Origin: Burkholderiales bacterium | GTDB taxonomy: Bacteria; Pseudomonadota; Gammaproteobacteria; Burkholderiales; SG8-41 | Assembly (NCBI GenBank): GCA_044378065.1 | Contig: JBILYA010000001.1 | Location: 1 to 36,480, forward strand | DNA length: 36,480 bases | Direction of reading: 5' to 3' | Notes under the pieces: model-generated | Told to the model about the DNA's origin: nothing | Seen by the model: the letters and a program-made list of their open reading frames with translations, nothing else | Database searches by the model: none | Translations under genes and position numbers: made by a program | Shown: positions 10,102 through 19,003 of the stretch, piece by piece | Numbering within the stretch: position 1 is the stretch's first letter | Layout: every line of letters begins with the position of its first letter

Positions 10102-10110
10102 ACTGGTCAT

Positions 10111-10770
10111 ATGCGCATCCTGCTGGTCGAAGATGATGAACTGCTCGGTGACGGGGTTGAAGCCGGCCTGAAACAGGCCGGCTACGCCGTCGACTGGGTA
10201 CGTGACGGCGCAGCGGCAGAGCTGACGCTGCGCAACGGCGGTCACGATGCAGCCATTCTCGATCTCGGCCTGCCGCGCAAATCAGGCCTCGAAGTACTGG
10301 GACAGGCGCGCCGGGCCGGCAACCGCATTCCGGTACTGATCCTGACTGCACGTGATACCGTCGACGATCGCATCAAGGGTCTTGACGCCGGGGCCGACGA
10401 CTATCTGGTCAAACCCTTCGATCTGCACGAACTGACAGCCCGACTGCGTGCGCTGATCCGCCGCGCACATGATGCGCCGGCGCCGGTGCTGCAGATTGCC
10501 GGCGTCGAACTCGATCCGTCGGCGCGGACGGTGCACTACGAAGGCAAGCTGCTCGACCTGCCGGCACGCGAGTTCGGATTGCTCCATGCCATGCTGCTCA
10601 ACGCCGGACGCGTTTTGACTCGCGAGCAGCTGGGTGACGCACTTTACGGCTGGGGCGAGGAAATCGAAAGCAACGCCATCGACGTGCACATCCATCACCT
10701 GCGACGCAAGCTGGCGCCGGGCGTGATCCGCACCGTTCGCGGCGTCGGCTACATGATTGCCAAAGAATAA
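10111..10770 (+). CDS. OmpR/PhoB-family response regulator (QseB/BasR/TctD-like)
   Basis: 219 aa. The receiver is MRILLVEDDELL ... AILDLGLPRKSG ... DDYLVKPF. The winged-helix output domain is LTREQL...IDVHIHHLRRKL...IRTVRGVGYMI. Confidence 0.9.
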   Translation: MRILLVEDDELLGDGVEAGLKQAGYAVDWVRDGAAAELTLRNGGHDAAILDLGLPRKSGLEVLGQARRAGNRIPVLILTARDTVDDRIKGLDAGADDYLVKPFDLHELTARLRALIRRAHDAPAPVLQIAGVELDPSARTVHYEGKLLDLPAREFGLLHAMLLNAGRVLTREQLGDALYGWGEEIESNAIDVHIHHLRRKLAPGVIRTVRGVGYMIAKE

Positions 10771-10771
10771 A

Positions 10772-12121
10772 ATGCCGCAGACCGCCTATTCGCTGAAAAA
10801 GCGCCTGGTCATCGCACTGCTGACCCTGATCGGCGCGATCTGGTCGGGCATCGCGATTTACAGCTACCTCGACATCCGCCATGAAAGTGAGGAACTGCTC
10901 GACGCCCACCTGGCCCAGTCGGCCTCGCTGATCCTCGCCCAGGCCGAACATGCCATCGAGGAAATCGAGGTCGAACACGCACCGCAGTTCAAGGAGGGTC
11001 ATCGGGTCGCCTTCCAGCTCTGGGAACGCGGCAAAAAACTGCGGCTGCATTCAAAAAACGCACCGAATACGCTGCTTTCAGCCACCACCACCGGTTTCAG
11101 CGATACCGTCATCAAGGGACAGGAGTGGCGTGTATTCAGTGCATGGACCCGGGATCACGAATATCTGGTACAGGTCGCGGAACGCATGGACTCGCGGCAG
11201 GACATCACCCATGCCATGACCCTGAATCTGCTGCTGCCGCTGCTGATCGCGCTGCCGATGCTCGGCCTGCTGGTGTGGATCGCCGTCGCCCAGTCCCTCA
11301 GTCCGCTGACGCGACTGGGCCATGAAGTCGCCCGGCGCGACGCGGCCAACCTCGAGCCCCTGCAACCGCAGGGCGCCCCCGGGGAAATCATGCCGTTGAT
11401 CGACAACCTCAATACGCTGTTCGCACGCGTCGCGCGGCTGATCGAACACGAGCGTCGTTTCACGGCCGATGCCGCGCATGAACTGCGCACGCCGCTGGCC
11501 GCGCTGATGACACAGGCCCAGGTGGCCCGCGCCGCGACTGCAGACGCCGAACGCAATCGCGCGCTGGACAACGTCATCGCCGGCTGTGGCCGCGCCGCGC
11601 GCATCGTCGATCAGATGCTGACGCTGGCCCGGCTGGAGCCGGACACCGCATTGGGCACGCGCGACATGTTTGACCTGCATGCGCTGGCGCAGAGTGTGGT
11701 GGCCGATATCGCGCCGGCAGCGCTGCAACAGGGTGTGGAAATTGAACTTGGCGACTGCGCAGACGCTTCGATCTCGGGCAACCGCGACCTGATCCGCATC
11801 GCCTTGCGCAATCTCATCGACAATGCGGTTCGCTACAGCCCGAACAATACCCGGGTGGAGGTCATCATCAAAAAATCAGACGGCTTCGTATCCGCCAAGG
11901 TAATTGATCAGGGACCGGGCCTATCAACCGAGGACCGGCAGAAAGTCGGACAGCGGTTTTACCGGGTGCTTGGCAACAACGCAGCGGGCAGCGGCCTCGG
12001 GCTGTCGATTACCCGGCGTATCGCCGAGCTGCACGGCGGCAGCGTTGAACTGCAGGAAAACAAAACGGGCCCGGGTCTCACCGCCGAGTTGCGCCTGCCG
12101 CGGCAGGCGGCATCCGCCTAA
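10772..12121 (+). CDS. periplasmic-sensing histidine kinase (QseC-like)
   Basis: Two TM segments flank a ~130-aa periplasmic loop. It has the HisKA H-box FTADAAHELRTPLA and HATPase_c motifs (NLIDNAVRYSP, DQGPGL, GSGLGLSI). ATG 10772 follows the response-regulator stop by 1 nt. TTG 10757 is an alternative start. Confidence 0.85.
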   Translation: MPQTAYSLKKRLVIALLTLIGAIWSGIAIYSYLDIRHESEELLDAHLAQSASLILAQAEHAIEEIEVEHAPQFKEGHRVAFQLWERGKKLRLHSKNAPNTLLSATTTGFSDTVIKGQEWRVFSAWTRDHEYLVQVAERMDSRQDITHAMTLNLLLPLLIALPMLGLLVWIAVAQSLSPLTRLGHEVARRDAANLEPLQPQGAPGEIMPLIDNLNTLFARVARLIEHERRFTADAAHELRTPLAALMTQAQVARAATADAERNRALDNVIAGCGRAARIVDQMLTLARLEPDTALGTRDMFDLHALAQSVVADIAPAALQQGVEIELGDCADASISGNRDLIRIALRNLIDNAVRYSPNNTRVEVIIKKSDGFVSAKVIDQGPGLSTEDRQKVGQRFYRVLGNNAAGSGLGLSITRRIAELHGGSVELQENKTGPGLTAELRLPRQAASA

Positions 12122-13149
12122 CCGTTGGCTTTCGGCGCCGCAGCGCTGGCCCGGACAATCAATTCGGTCGGCAGTTTGTTGCGTAATTCGACAGACCGGT
12201 CATCCAGCCGCGCCAGCAGGTGGTTGGCTGCATAAACGCCCATTTCCGCGGTCGGGAAACGCACCGTAGTCAGCGCCGGACTGATCAATGAAGCCATTTC
12301 CATGTCGTCAAAGCCGGTAATCGACACATCACCGGGAACCTTGAGCCCCTGCGCATGGCATTCTGCAATGGCGCCGATCGCCAGCACATCGTTGCCGCAG
12401 ATCACCGCGGTCGGCCGTTCACCGCCATTCAGCATTTCGCGCAAACCTTCGCGGCCGCCGGTATGGGTGTACGGTTTTTCGATCACTGCGCCGGGGGACA
12501 GTACGATGCCACGCGCCGACAGCGCTTCACGCACACCGGCCAGCCGCTCCTGCGCGCGTTCGTTATGCGCGGTAATGCCCGAGACCATCGCAAAGCGGCG
12601 ATGACCGAGATCCAGCAGATGGTTGGCAATGCAAATCCCGGCAGCACGATTGTCGAAACCAACGCAGGGATGGTTGCCGCTTTCATCGAATGCCCAGGTC
12701 AGCACGTACGGCAGGTTGTGCGATTCGAGCATGCGATAGATGTCAGGGTGGTGTGTGGTGCCCAGCAGCACCAGACCGTCAACGCCGCGCTCGATCAGCG
12801 TGCGGGTTACGCGGGCCTCGATGCCGGCATCAAAATCGTGACTGGCGAGCAGCAGCACATAACCGGCAGCATCTAACGTGCGCTGCAGCGCCTGGATGGT
12901 ATTAGCGAAAATCGCGTTGTCGAGCGTCGGCACCACTGCGCCAATGGTGTGGGTGCGACGCGACGCCAGCGCACGTGCCGCGCCGTGCGCGACATACCCC
13001 AGCGTGCGCGCCGCCTGCTGCACGCGTTCCAGCGTACGCGCTTTGACCTTGTGCGGCAGGGTCAGCGCCCGCGATACCGTCGCCGTCGACACCTTGGCGA
13101 GTTTTGCAACATCCTCGAGACGGGCCGCCTTGCTGGATCGGGTCTTCAT
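12118..13149 (-). CDS. LacI/GalR-family transcriptional regulator
   Basis: 343 aa counted from ATG 13149. The N-terminal HTH is RLEDVAKLAKVSTATVSRAL, followed by a periplasmic-binding-protein-like effector domain. The longer track ORF (to 13269) would read through the xsc terminator hairpin and overlap xsc. Confidence 0.85.
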   Translation of the reverse strand: MKTRSSKAARLEDVAKLAKVSTATVSRALTLPHKVKARTLERVQQAARTLGYVAHGAARALASRRTHTIGAVVPTLDNAIFANTIQALQRTLDAAGYVLLLASHDFDAGIEARVTRTLIERGVDGLVLLGTTHHPDIYRMLESHNLPYVLTWAFDESGNHPCVGFDNRAAGICIANHLLDLGHRRFAMVSGITAHNERAQERLAGVREALSARGIVLSPGAVIEKPYTHTGGREGLREMLNGGERPTAVICGNDVLAIGAIAECHAQGLKVPGDVSITGFDDMEMASLISPALTTVRFPTAEMGVYAANHLLARLDDRSVELRNKLPTELIVRASAAAPKANG

Positions 13150-13154
13150 CGGAT

Positions 13155-13181
13155 AAAAAAGCCGGCGCAGGCCGGCTTTTT
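13155..13181 (-). terminator. intrinsic terminator downstream of xsc (symmetric, A-run/T-run on both sides)
   Basis: AAAAAA-GCCGGC-gcag-GCCGGC-TTTTT. On the minus strand the GC stem is followed by TTTTTT, 17 nt after the xsc stop. Confidence 0.6.
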
Positions 13182-13198
13182 CCTGAGTGGCACGGTGA

Positions 13199-14962
13199 TC
13201 AGCGGTACTGCTTGGCGCTGAACTTGCGGTACTTGGCCAGCAGACGCTGCGGCTGACGGAAGGCATCACGCCGGAACGGGTCGCCCAGTTCCTGCGTCAG
13301 CATCATGTTGATCACCGTTGGCTTGTTGGATCGCACTGCTGCGCGCAGCGCATCGCCCACTTCGTCGACATGCTCCACCGTCAGGCCCTGCGCGCCCATG
13401 GATTCCGCAACGTCCGCGAAATTCGGGTTCTGCAGATTGGTGCCGAGGAAACGGTTTTCGAAATAGTCGATCTGGTTTTTCTTTTCCGCGCCCCACTGGC
13501 CGTTGTTGAACACCACGGCGATCGCCGGGATTTTTTCTCGGACACAGGTCATGACTTCATTCAGGCTCATGCCCCAGGCGCCGTCGCCGACGTAAGCAAT
13601 CGCCGGACGGTCGGGACGGCCGACCTTGGCGCCCATGGCTGCCGGGAAGGCATAACCGCAGTTGCCGAAGCTCATCGCGGCGAGGAAAGAAGGCGCCTGC
13701 TCGAAATGCAGGTAGCTGTTCGACACCGAGCAAACGTTGCCGATGTCCGTGGAGACCATCGCGTTTTTCGGCATTGCGCGGGCCAGCGCGGCCAGCGCCT
13801 GGCGCGGTCCGATGCGCGTCTTGGTGTTCGGCGACGGCCATTTGTCGAGTTCTTCGGCCCAGGCTTTTTTCTCTTTCTGCACTTCGGCCAGCCGCGCCTT
13901 GTTCGGCGTCATCTTGGCGATCGCCTTGATGCGTTCGAGCAGCGCCACGGCCGCGTGTTTGGCGTCGCCGCAGATGCCGACCGTGGTTTTCTTGACCAGG
14001 CCGAGCATGCGCGAGTCAGCGTCGATCTGAATAATCTTGGCGTTTTTCGGCCAGTAATCGAGGCCGTGCTGCGGTAATGTGCCGAACGGTCCCAGTCGCG
14101 AACCCAGCGCGAGTACGACGTCAGCCTTCGAGATCAATTTCATTGCCGCCTTCGATCCCTGATAACCCAGCGGACCGCAGCACAGCGGATGGCTCGCCGG
14201 GAAGGAGTCGTTGTGCAGATAGGAGTTCACCACCGGCGCGGTCAGATATTCGGCCAATGCTGCGCATTCCTTGATACCGCCGGCCATGATCACGCCGCCG
14301 CCGGACAGAATCACCGGGAACTTGGCCTTGGCCAGCATGCGTGCCGCCGCATCCAGCGACTCAGGACCGCCGGCGCCGCGCTCCAGCTTGTGCGGCTGCG
14401 GAATCTCGTATTCGCCTTCGCCGTAGAAATAGTCACGCGGAATATTGACCTGCACCGGACCACGTTCAGCCATCGCGATGTCAAAGGCGCGACCGGTCAG
14501 CTCGGCAATACGCAGCGGCGAATTGACGTGCACCTGCCATTTGGTGATTTTCGAGAAAATCGGCATCTGCTCGGTTTCCTGGAAACCGCCCAGACCCATC
14601 GACAGGCTGCCTGATTCCGGCGTCACGCAGACCACGGGCGAATGCGCCCAGTAGGCGGCGGCAATACCGGTGACGAAGTTGGTGATGCCGGGGCCGTTTT
14701 GCGCGATGCAAACGCCGTGCTTGCCGGTCACACGCGAATAGCCGTCGGCCATGTGCGCAGCATTCTGTTCGTGTGCCACTGAAAGAAAACGGATCCCTGC
14801 CAGCGGAAACAGGTCATGGGCATCCATATAGGCCGAACCGACGATGCCGAAGGTGTCTTTGACGCCCTGCGCCACCAGCGTTTCGACAAACGCCTCGGAG
14901 GGGGTCATGCGGATCTTGCCGCCGGCCTTGGCGGTATTCTTGTTGTCTGACATCGAGCTCAT
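13199..14962 (-). CDS. xsc: sulfoacetaldehyde acetyltransferase-like thiamine-diphosphate enzyme (Xsc family)
   Basis: 587 aa counted from ATG 14962, with the SD GGAGGA 8 nt upstream. The N-terminus (MTPSEAFVETLVAQGV..FGIVGSAYMDA..AGIRF..HEQNAAHMADGYSRVTG) and the ThDP motif region (VGDGAWGMSLNEVM...VVFNNGQWGAEKKNQ) match what I recall of characterised Xsc proteins. It clearly belongs to the ThDP acetolactate-synthase-like superfamily. Confidence 0.75.
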   Translation of the reverse strand: MSSMSDNKNTAKAGGKIRMTPSEAFVETLVAQGVKDTFGIVGSAYMDAHDLFPLAGIRFLSVAHEQNAAHMADGYSRVTGKHGVCIAQNGPGITNFVTGIAAAYWAHSPVVCVTPESGSLSMGLGGFQETEQMPIFSKITKWQVHVNSPLRIAELTGRAFDIAMAERGPVQVNIPRDYFYGEGEYEIPQPHKLERGAGGPESLDAAARMLAKAKFPVILSGGGVIMAGGIKECAALAEYLTAPVVNSYLHNDSFPASHPLCCGPLGYQGSKAAMKLISKADVVLALGSRLGPFGTLPQHGLDYWPKNAKIIQIDADSRMLGLVKKTTVGICGDAKHAAVALLERIKAIAKMTPNKARLAEVQKEKKAWAEELDKWPSPNTKTRIGPRQALAALARAMPKNAMVSTDIGNVCSVSNSYLHFEQAPSFLAAMSFGNCGYAFPAAMGAKVGRPDRPAIAYVGDGAWGMSLNEVMTCVREKIPAIAVVFNNGQWGAEKKNQIDYFENRFLGTNLQNPNFADVAESMGAQGLTVEHVDEVGDALRAAVRSNKPTVINMMLTQELGDPFRRDAFRQPQRLLAKYRKFSAKQYR

Positions 14963-15093
14963 TGGGAATTTCCTCCGGATATAGAAGCGCGCCGTGCCCG
15001 TCTGCTTCGCGGACTGCGGCAACCTGAAAGACCTGCCTTCCCGGTCATGGGTCGCTCCGGGAGTCACGAATGATACGATGCCCCGCCATTGCG

Positions 15094-15128
15094 TGTAAAC
15101 GCTTGCATGAAGAATGGTAAACCGTTGT
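15094..15128. promoter_or_regulatory. two LacI/GalR-type operator-like sites in the xsc / dehydrogenase divergent region
   Basis: TGTAAACGCTTGCA (15094-15107) has 10 of 14 positions symmetric around a central CG, close to the family pattern TGnAAnCGnTTnCA. A degenerate second copy, TGGTAAACCGTTGT, lies at 15115-15128. Confidence 0.4.
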
Positions 15129-15316
15129 TTTTAAATGGGATTGTTGTCGGTGGCGGGAATTCGCCCCAAGTACCAAGCCCTTGTTTTGGCAGTGATTTCA
15201 TGACCTCCGGCGGCTCAAGTTACAATCACCGCGACGCCATGATATCCAGCGCCACCCCTGCCGTTTTCCCCGGAGCACCATTGAACGCCCCCGTTGAAGG
15301 TCATCGTCTGCCAGTC

Positions 15317-18223
15317 ATGGCCGACACAGAAGCACTCGCCCGACAGTTATCACAGCGCATTTCCGGAGAGGTCCGCTTCGACGCCGGCGCCCGCGCCGCC
15401 TACTCGGCAGACGCCTCCAACTACCGCCAGATTCCCATCGGCGTGGTGATCCCGCGCAGCATCGACGACATCGTCACCACGCTGGATATCTGCCGCGAGC
15501 ACGGCGTGCCGATCCTTCCGCGCGGCGGCGGCACCTCGCAGAACGGCCAGTGCGTCAACGTCGCCGTGGTCATCGACACCACCAAATATCTGAACCGCGT
15601 GCTGTCGGTTGATCCCGCAACGCGCACGGCGACCGTCCAGCCCGGTACCGTGTGCGACGCACTGCGCGACGCTGCGGAAGAACATGAACTGACCTTCGGC
15701 CCCGACCCGGCGACGCACAGCCGCTGCACGCTCGGCGGCATGATCGGCAACAACTCCTGCGGCGCGCATTCGGTGATGGCCGGCAAAACCGTCGACAACA
15801 TCGAGACGCTGGACATCATCACCTACGACGGCCTGCGCCTGACCGTCGGCCCCACCAGCGAAGATGAACTGGTGCGCATCATCCGTGCCGGCGGACGCCG
15901 CGGCGAAATTTACGCCCAGCTGCGCGACCTGCGCGACAAATACGCCGACCTGATCCGCAAGCGTTTTCCGAAAATCAAACGCCGCGTCTCCGGTTACAAC
16001 CTCGATCAGCTGCTGCCGGAGAACGGTTTCAACGTGGCACGTGCGCTGGTCGGCACCGAAGGCACCTGCGTATTCACGCTGGGTGCGAAGACGCGACTCG
16101 TTGACAGTCCGCAATCGCGGGTCATTCTGGTGCTGGGCTTCCCCGACATCTACCTCGCCGGCGACGCCGTACCGCAGATCCTGCCGTTCAAACCAATCGC
16201 CACTGAAGGCCTCGATGAACGCATCATCGGCGGCCTGCTGGAGCGTGGACTGCGCAAAGATGACATCAAGCTGCTGCCCGCTGGCAATGCCTGGATCATG
16301 ATCGAGTTCGGCGCTGACACCATAGACGGCGCCACCGCACAGGCTCAGGCACTGGTGGATCATTACGCCGGCATGACCGACGCCAAGGTCAAACCCTCCT
16401 CTTGGCTGATCACCGATCCGGCGATGTGCGAACGCGTGTGGACCATCCGCGAAACCGGCGCCTCGGCCACTGCGCTGACCATTCACCCCAATGAACCCGA
16501 TCCTGTTGTCGGCTGGGAAGATGCCGCGGTTGATCCGCTGCGCCTCGGCGATTACCTGCGGGAATTCCAGGCACTGGTCGACCGCCACGGTTACCAGACG
16601 TCGCTGTACGGTCATTTCGGCGATGGTTGTATTCATGCCCGCATAACCTTCAACACCCGCACCGCCGAAGGCATCAAGGTTTGGCGCAGCTTCCTGCGCG
16701 CAGCCGCCGAACTGGTTGTGAAATACGGCGGCTCGCTGTCCGGCGAACACGGCGACGGCCAGGCGAAGGCCGAGTTTCTGCCGATCATGTACGGCGAAGA
16801 ACTGATGCAGGCCTTCCGAGAATTCAAGGCAATCTGGGATCCGCTGAACCGGATGAATCCGGGCAAGGTCATTGACCCCTACCGCGCCGACGAGAACCTC
16901 AAATACGGACCGGACTACAAACCGGCACGCCCGGTCACGCAATTCGCCTACGCCAGCCTCGAAGGCAAAGGCTTCAACCGCGCGATCGAACGCTGTGTCG
17001 GCATGGGCAAATGCCGCGCCCATGAAGGCGGCGTAATGTGCCCGAGTTATCGCGCGACGCGGGAAGAGCGCTTCTCCACACGCGGTCGCGCCCGCCTGCT
17101 TGGCGAAATGCTGCGCGGCGAAATCATTCACGACGGCTGGCGCAATGAAGCCGTGCGCGAAGCCCTCGACCTCTGCCTCGCCTGCAAAGGCTGCAAGAAC
17201 GATTGCCCGACGCATACCGACATGGCCACCTACAAGGCCGAGTTCCTGCATCACCATTATCTCGGCAGGCTGCGCCCGGTGCAGGCTTACACCATGGGCT
17301 TCATCAACCGCTGGGCGAAGCTGGCCTCGGTCGCCCCGCGACTCGTCAATCTGCTCGCGGCGACACCGGGCCTGTCCGCGTTGATCAAAGCCGCCGGCGG
17401 CATGGCGCAGCAACGCCACATTCCCCGATTCGCCCGCCGTACTTTCCGCAAATGGTTTTCGCGCCGGCGCGCGCCGGAAACAACCGGTCAGCGCGGCCGA
17501 GTCATCTTGTGGGCCGACACCTTCAACAACCATTTCGAGCCCGGCTCCGCCGCCGCTGCGGTCGAAGTACTGGAAGCACTCGGTTACACGGTCAGCATCC
17601 CGCAACAGCAGCTCTGCTGCGGCCGTCCGCTGTACGATTTCGGCATGCTCGACACTGCGCGTGCCTACCTGCGAGAAGTCATGGATGCGCTCGCCAACGA
17701 TATCAGCGCCGGCGTGCCGGTGATCGGCCTCGAACCCGCCTGTCTGTCGGTATTCCGCGACGAACTCCCCAATCTGTTCCCGGACGATGCGCGGGCGGCA
17801 AAACTGGCGAAACAATGCCATCTCTTCAGCGACTTCCTGATGCGCATCAACGACTGGGACGCGCCGCAACTCGGCGGCGCCGCGCTGGTGCATGGCCACT
17901 GCCACCAGAAAGCGGTGTTCGGCATGACCTCGGAAATGGCGCTGCTCAAACGCCTGGGCATCCGTGCCACGGTGCCGGAATCCGGCTGCTGCGGCATGGC
18001 CGGCGCCTTCGGCTTTAACGCCAAACATTACGACGTCTCGAAGAAAATCGGCGAAAGCGCATTGCTTCCCGCTGTGCGCGCCGCCGATGAACACACCATG
18101 ATAATCGCCAGCGGCTACAGCTGCCGGGAACAGATTTCGCAGGGTTCGGAACGCCAGGCGCTGCATATCGCCGAAGTGGTCGCGCTGGCGCTCAACCGCG
18201 CACGTGACCACGCTGCGCACTGA
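15317..18223 (+). CDS. FAD-linked (PCMH/VAO-type) 2-hydroxyacid dehydrogenase fused to 4Fe-4S and CCG cysteine-rich domains (YdiJ / GlcD-GlcF fusion-like)
   Basis: About 968 aa. The FAD_binding_4 region is VVIPRSIDDIVTTLDICREHGVPILPRGGGTSQNGQ and the FAD-oxidase C region is SGEHGDGQAK. Two ferredoxin-like Cys clusters are present (CVGMGKCRAHEGGVMCP; CLACKGCKNDCP), as are two CCG motifs (QQLCCGRP, ESGCCGMAG). The start is uncertain. I prefer ATG 15317 because third-position GC rises there. ATG 15239 and earlier codons lie in low-GC3 sequence that holds the operator-like sites. Confidence 0.8.
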   Translation: MADTEALARQLSQRISGEVRFDAGARAAYSADASNYRQIPIGVVIPRSIDDIVTTLDICREHGVPILPRGGGTSQNGQCVNVAVVIDTTKYLNRVLSVDPATRTATVQPGTVCDALRDAAEEHELTFGPDPATHSRCTLGGMIGNNSCGAHSVMAGKTVDNIETLDIITYDGLRLTVGPTSEDELVRIIRAGGRRGEIYAQLRDLRDKYADLIRKRFPKIKRRVSGYNLDQLLPENGFNVARALVGTEGTCVFTLGAKTRLVDSPQSRVILVLGFPDIYLAGDAVPQILPFKPIATEGLDERIIGGLLERGLRKDDIKLLPAGNAWIMIEFGADTIDGATAQAQALVDHYAGMTDAKVKPSSWLITDPAMCERVWTIRETGASATALTIHPNEPDPVVGWEDAAVDPLRLGDYLREFQALVDRHGYQTSLYGHFGDGCIHARITFNTRTAEGIKVWRSFLRAAAELVVKYGGSLSGEHGDGQAKAEFLPIMYGEELMQAFREFKAIWDPLNRMNPGKVIDPYRADENLKYGPDYKPARPVTQFAYASLEGKGFNRAIERCVGMGKCRAHEGGVMCPSYRATREERFSTRGRARLLGEMLRGEIIHDGWRNEAVREALDLCLACKGCKNDCPTHTDMATYKAEFLHHHYLGRLRPVQAYTMGFINRWAKLASVAPRLVNLLAATPGLSALIKAAGGMAQQRHIPRFARRTFRKWFSRRRAPETTGQRGRVILWADTFNNHFEPGSAAAAVEVLEALGYTVSIPQQQLCCGRPLYDFGMLDTARAYLREVMDALANDISAGVPVIGLEPACLSVFRDELPNLFPDDARAAKLAKQCHLFSDFLMRINDWDAPQLGGAALVHGHCHQKAVFGMTSEMALLKRLGIRATVPESGCCGMAGAFGFNAKHYDVSKKIGESALLPAVRAADEHTMIIASGYSCREQISQGSERQALHIAEVVALALNRARDHAAH

Positions 18224-18226
18224 TCC

Positions 18227-19003
18227 GTGACCGGTCTCGAAACGCTGTCGCCGTGGGTGATCGTCTACGTTGCGATCGTCATTGCCGTCGCCGGCTGGAT
18301 CCAGGGTGCGCTCGGCCTGGGCTTCCCGATGATCGCCACGCCGCTGATCGCCGCGGCAACCAATATGCAGTTCGCGGTGGTCATGGTGGTAATTCCCTGC
18401 ATTGCCACGGTCATCGTCAGCATCCTGCGCAGTCCCGGATCCGCCGGCGTGGTGAAGCGATTCTGGTGGATATCCATCGTGGCACTGCTTGGCGCCGCCG
18501 TCGGCGCGCGGCTGTTCGTCATGTTTCCGGGATTCCCTTACGCGCTGCTGCTGGCCGGCGTGATCCTGTTCTATCTCAACCTCGACCGTCTCGGACTGTC
18601 AGAGTGGCCGATCATGAAGCGCAACGAAAAGAAATTCGGCCTGCTGTTCGGATTTCTCGGCGGGCTCAGTGAAACCACCGCCAATATCGCGGCGCCGCCG
18701 CTGATCATCTATTACCTCGGCATCGGCCTGCCGCCGCTGATGCTGGTACCGGCAATGAACATTTCCTTCTTTGTCGGAAAATCCACGCAGCTCGCAACGC
18801 TGATGGCCAGCGGCATCGCCACACCGATGCACTGGCTGGTCACGCTGCCGCTGGCGGTGATCGCCACCATCGCCAGCCTCTACGGCTCGCGCGTGCGCAG
18901 CCGCATCGACGGAGAAACTTACCGCGTCTGGATGAAGCGCCTGCTGCTGACCATGGCGATGATTCTTCTGGCGCAGGTCGCCTGGCGCCAGCTGCTGGCG
19001 TAA
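18227..19003 (+). CDS. TauE/SafE (DUF81) family anion/sulfite exporter-like membrane protein
   Basis: 258 aa with 7-8 hydrophobic helices and Gly-rich motifs (GWIQGALGLGFPMIATPL; FGFLGGLSETTANIAAPPLII). The GTG start is 3 nt after the dehydrogenase stop. Confidence 0.7.
   Translation: MTGLETLSPWVIVYVAIVIAVAGWIQGALGLGFPMIATPLIAAATNMQFAVVMVVIPCIATVIVSILRSPGSAGVVKRFWWISIVALLGAAVGARLFVMFPGFPYALLLAGVILFYLNLDRLGLSEWPIMKRNEKKFGLLFGFLGGLSETTANIAAPPLIIYYLGIGLPPLMLVPAMNISFFVGKSTQLATLMASGIATPMHWLVTLPLAVIATIASLYGSRVRSRIDGETYRVWMKRLLLTMAMILLAQVAWRQLLA

Noticed and set aside
13150-13269. N-terminal 40-aa extension of the LacI-family ORF, as listed in the track
   Set aside because: The extension would translate through the terminator hairpin and overlap the 3' end of xsc. 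The family-typical HTH begins right after the internal ATG at 13149.
14963-15067. 35-aa N-terminal extension of the xsc ORF. Analogous extensions lie at 9334-9414 (cytochrome b), 30046-30093 (lyase), 31071-31115 (Bug3) and 25533-25538 (prpB TTG).
   Set aside because: In each case an internal ATG has a well-spaced Shine-Dalgarno sequence and yields a family-typical N-terminus or signal peptide. The extensions overlap upstream genes or SD and terminator elements.
15089-15316. Upstream starts of the dehydrogenase ORF: the track start at 15089, plus in-frame ATGs at 15107, 15200 and 15239
   Set aside because: This stretch has low third-position GC and contains the LacI-type operator-like sites. 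It does not resemble the N-termini of FAD-linked oxidases. ATG 15239 cannot be fully excluded.
15350-18220. 956-aa minus-strand ORF, the longest alternative ORF in the window
   Set aside because: It is the exact antisense shadow of the FAD/Fe-S dehydrogenase gene. Its composition is low-complexity and rich in R, A, G and V, and I see no recognisable motif. Long stop-free antisense frames are expected in GC-rich coding DNA. The plus-strand frame carries clear FAD, 4Fe-4S and CCG motifs.
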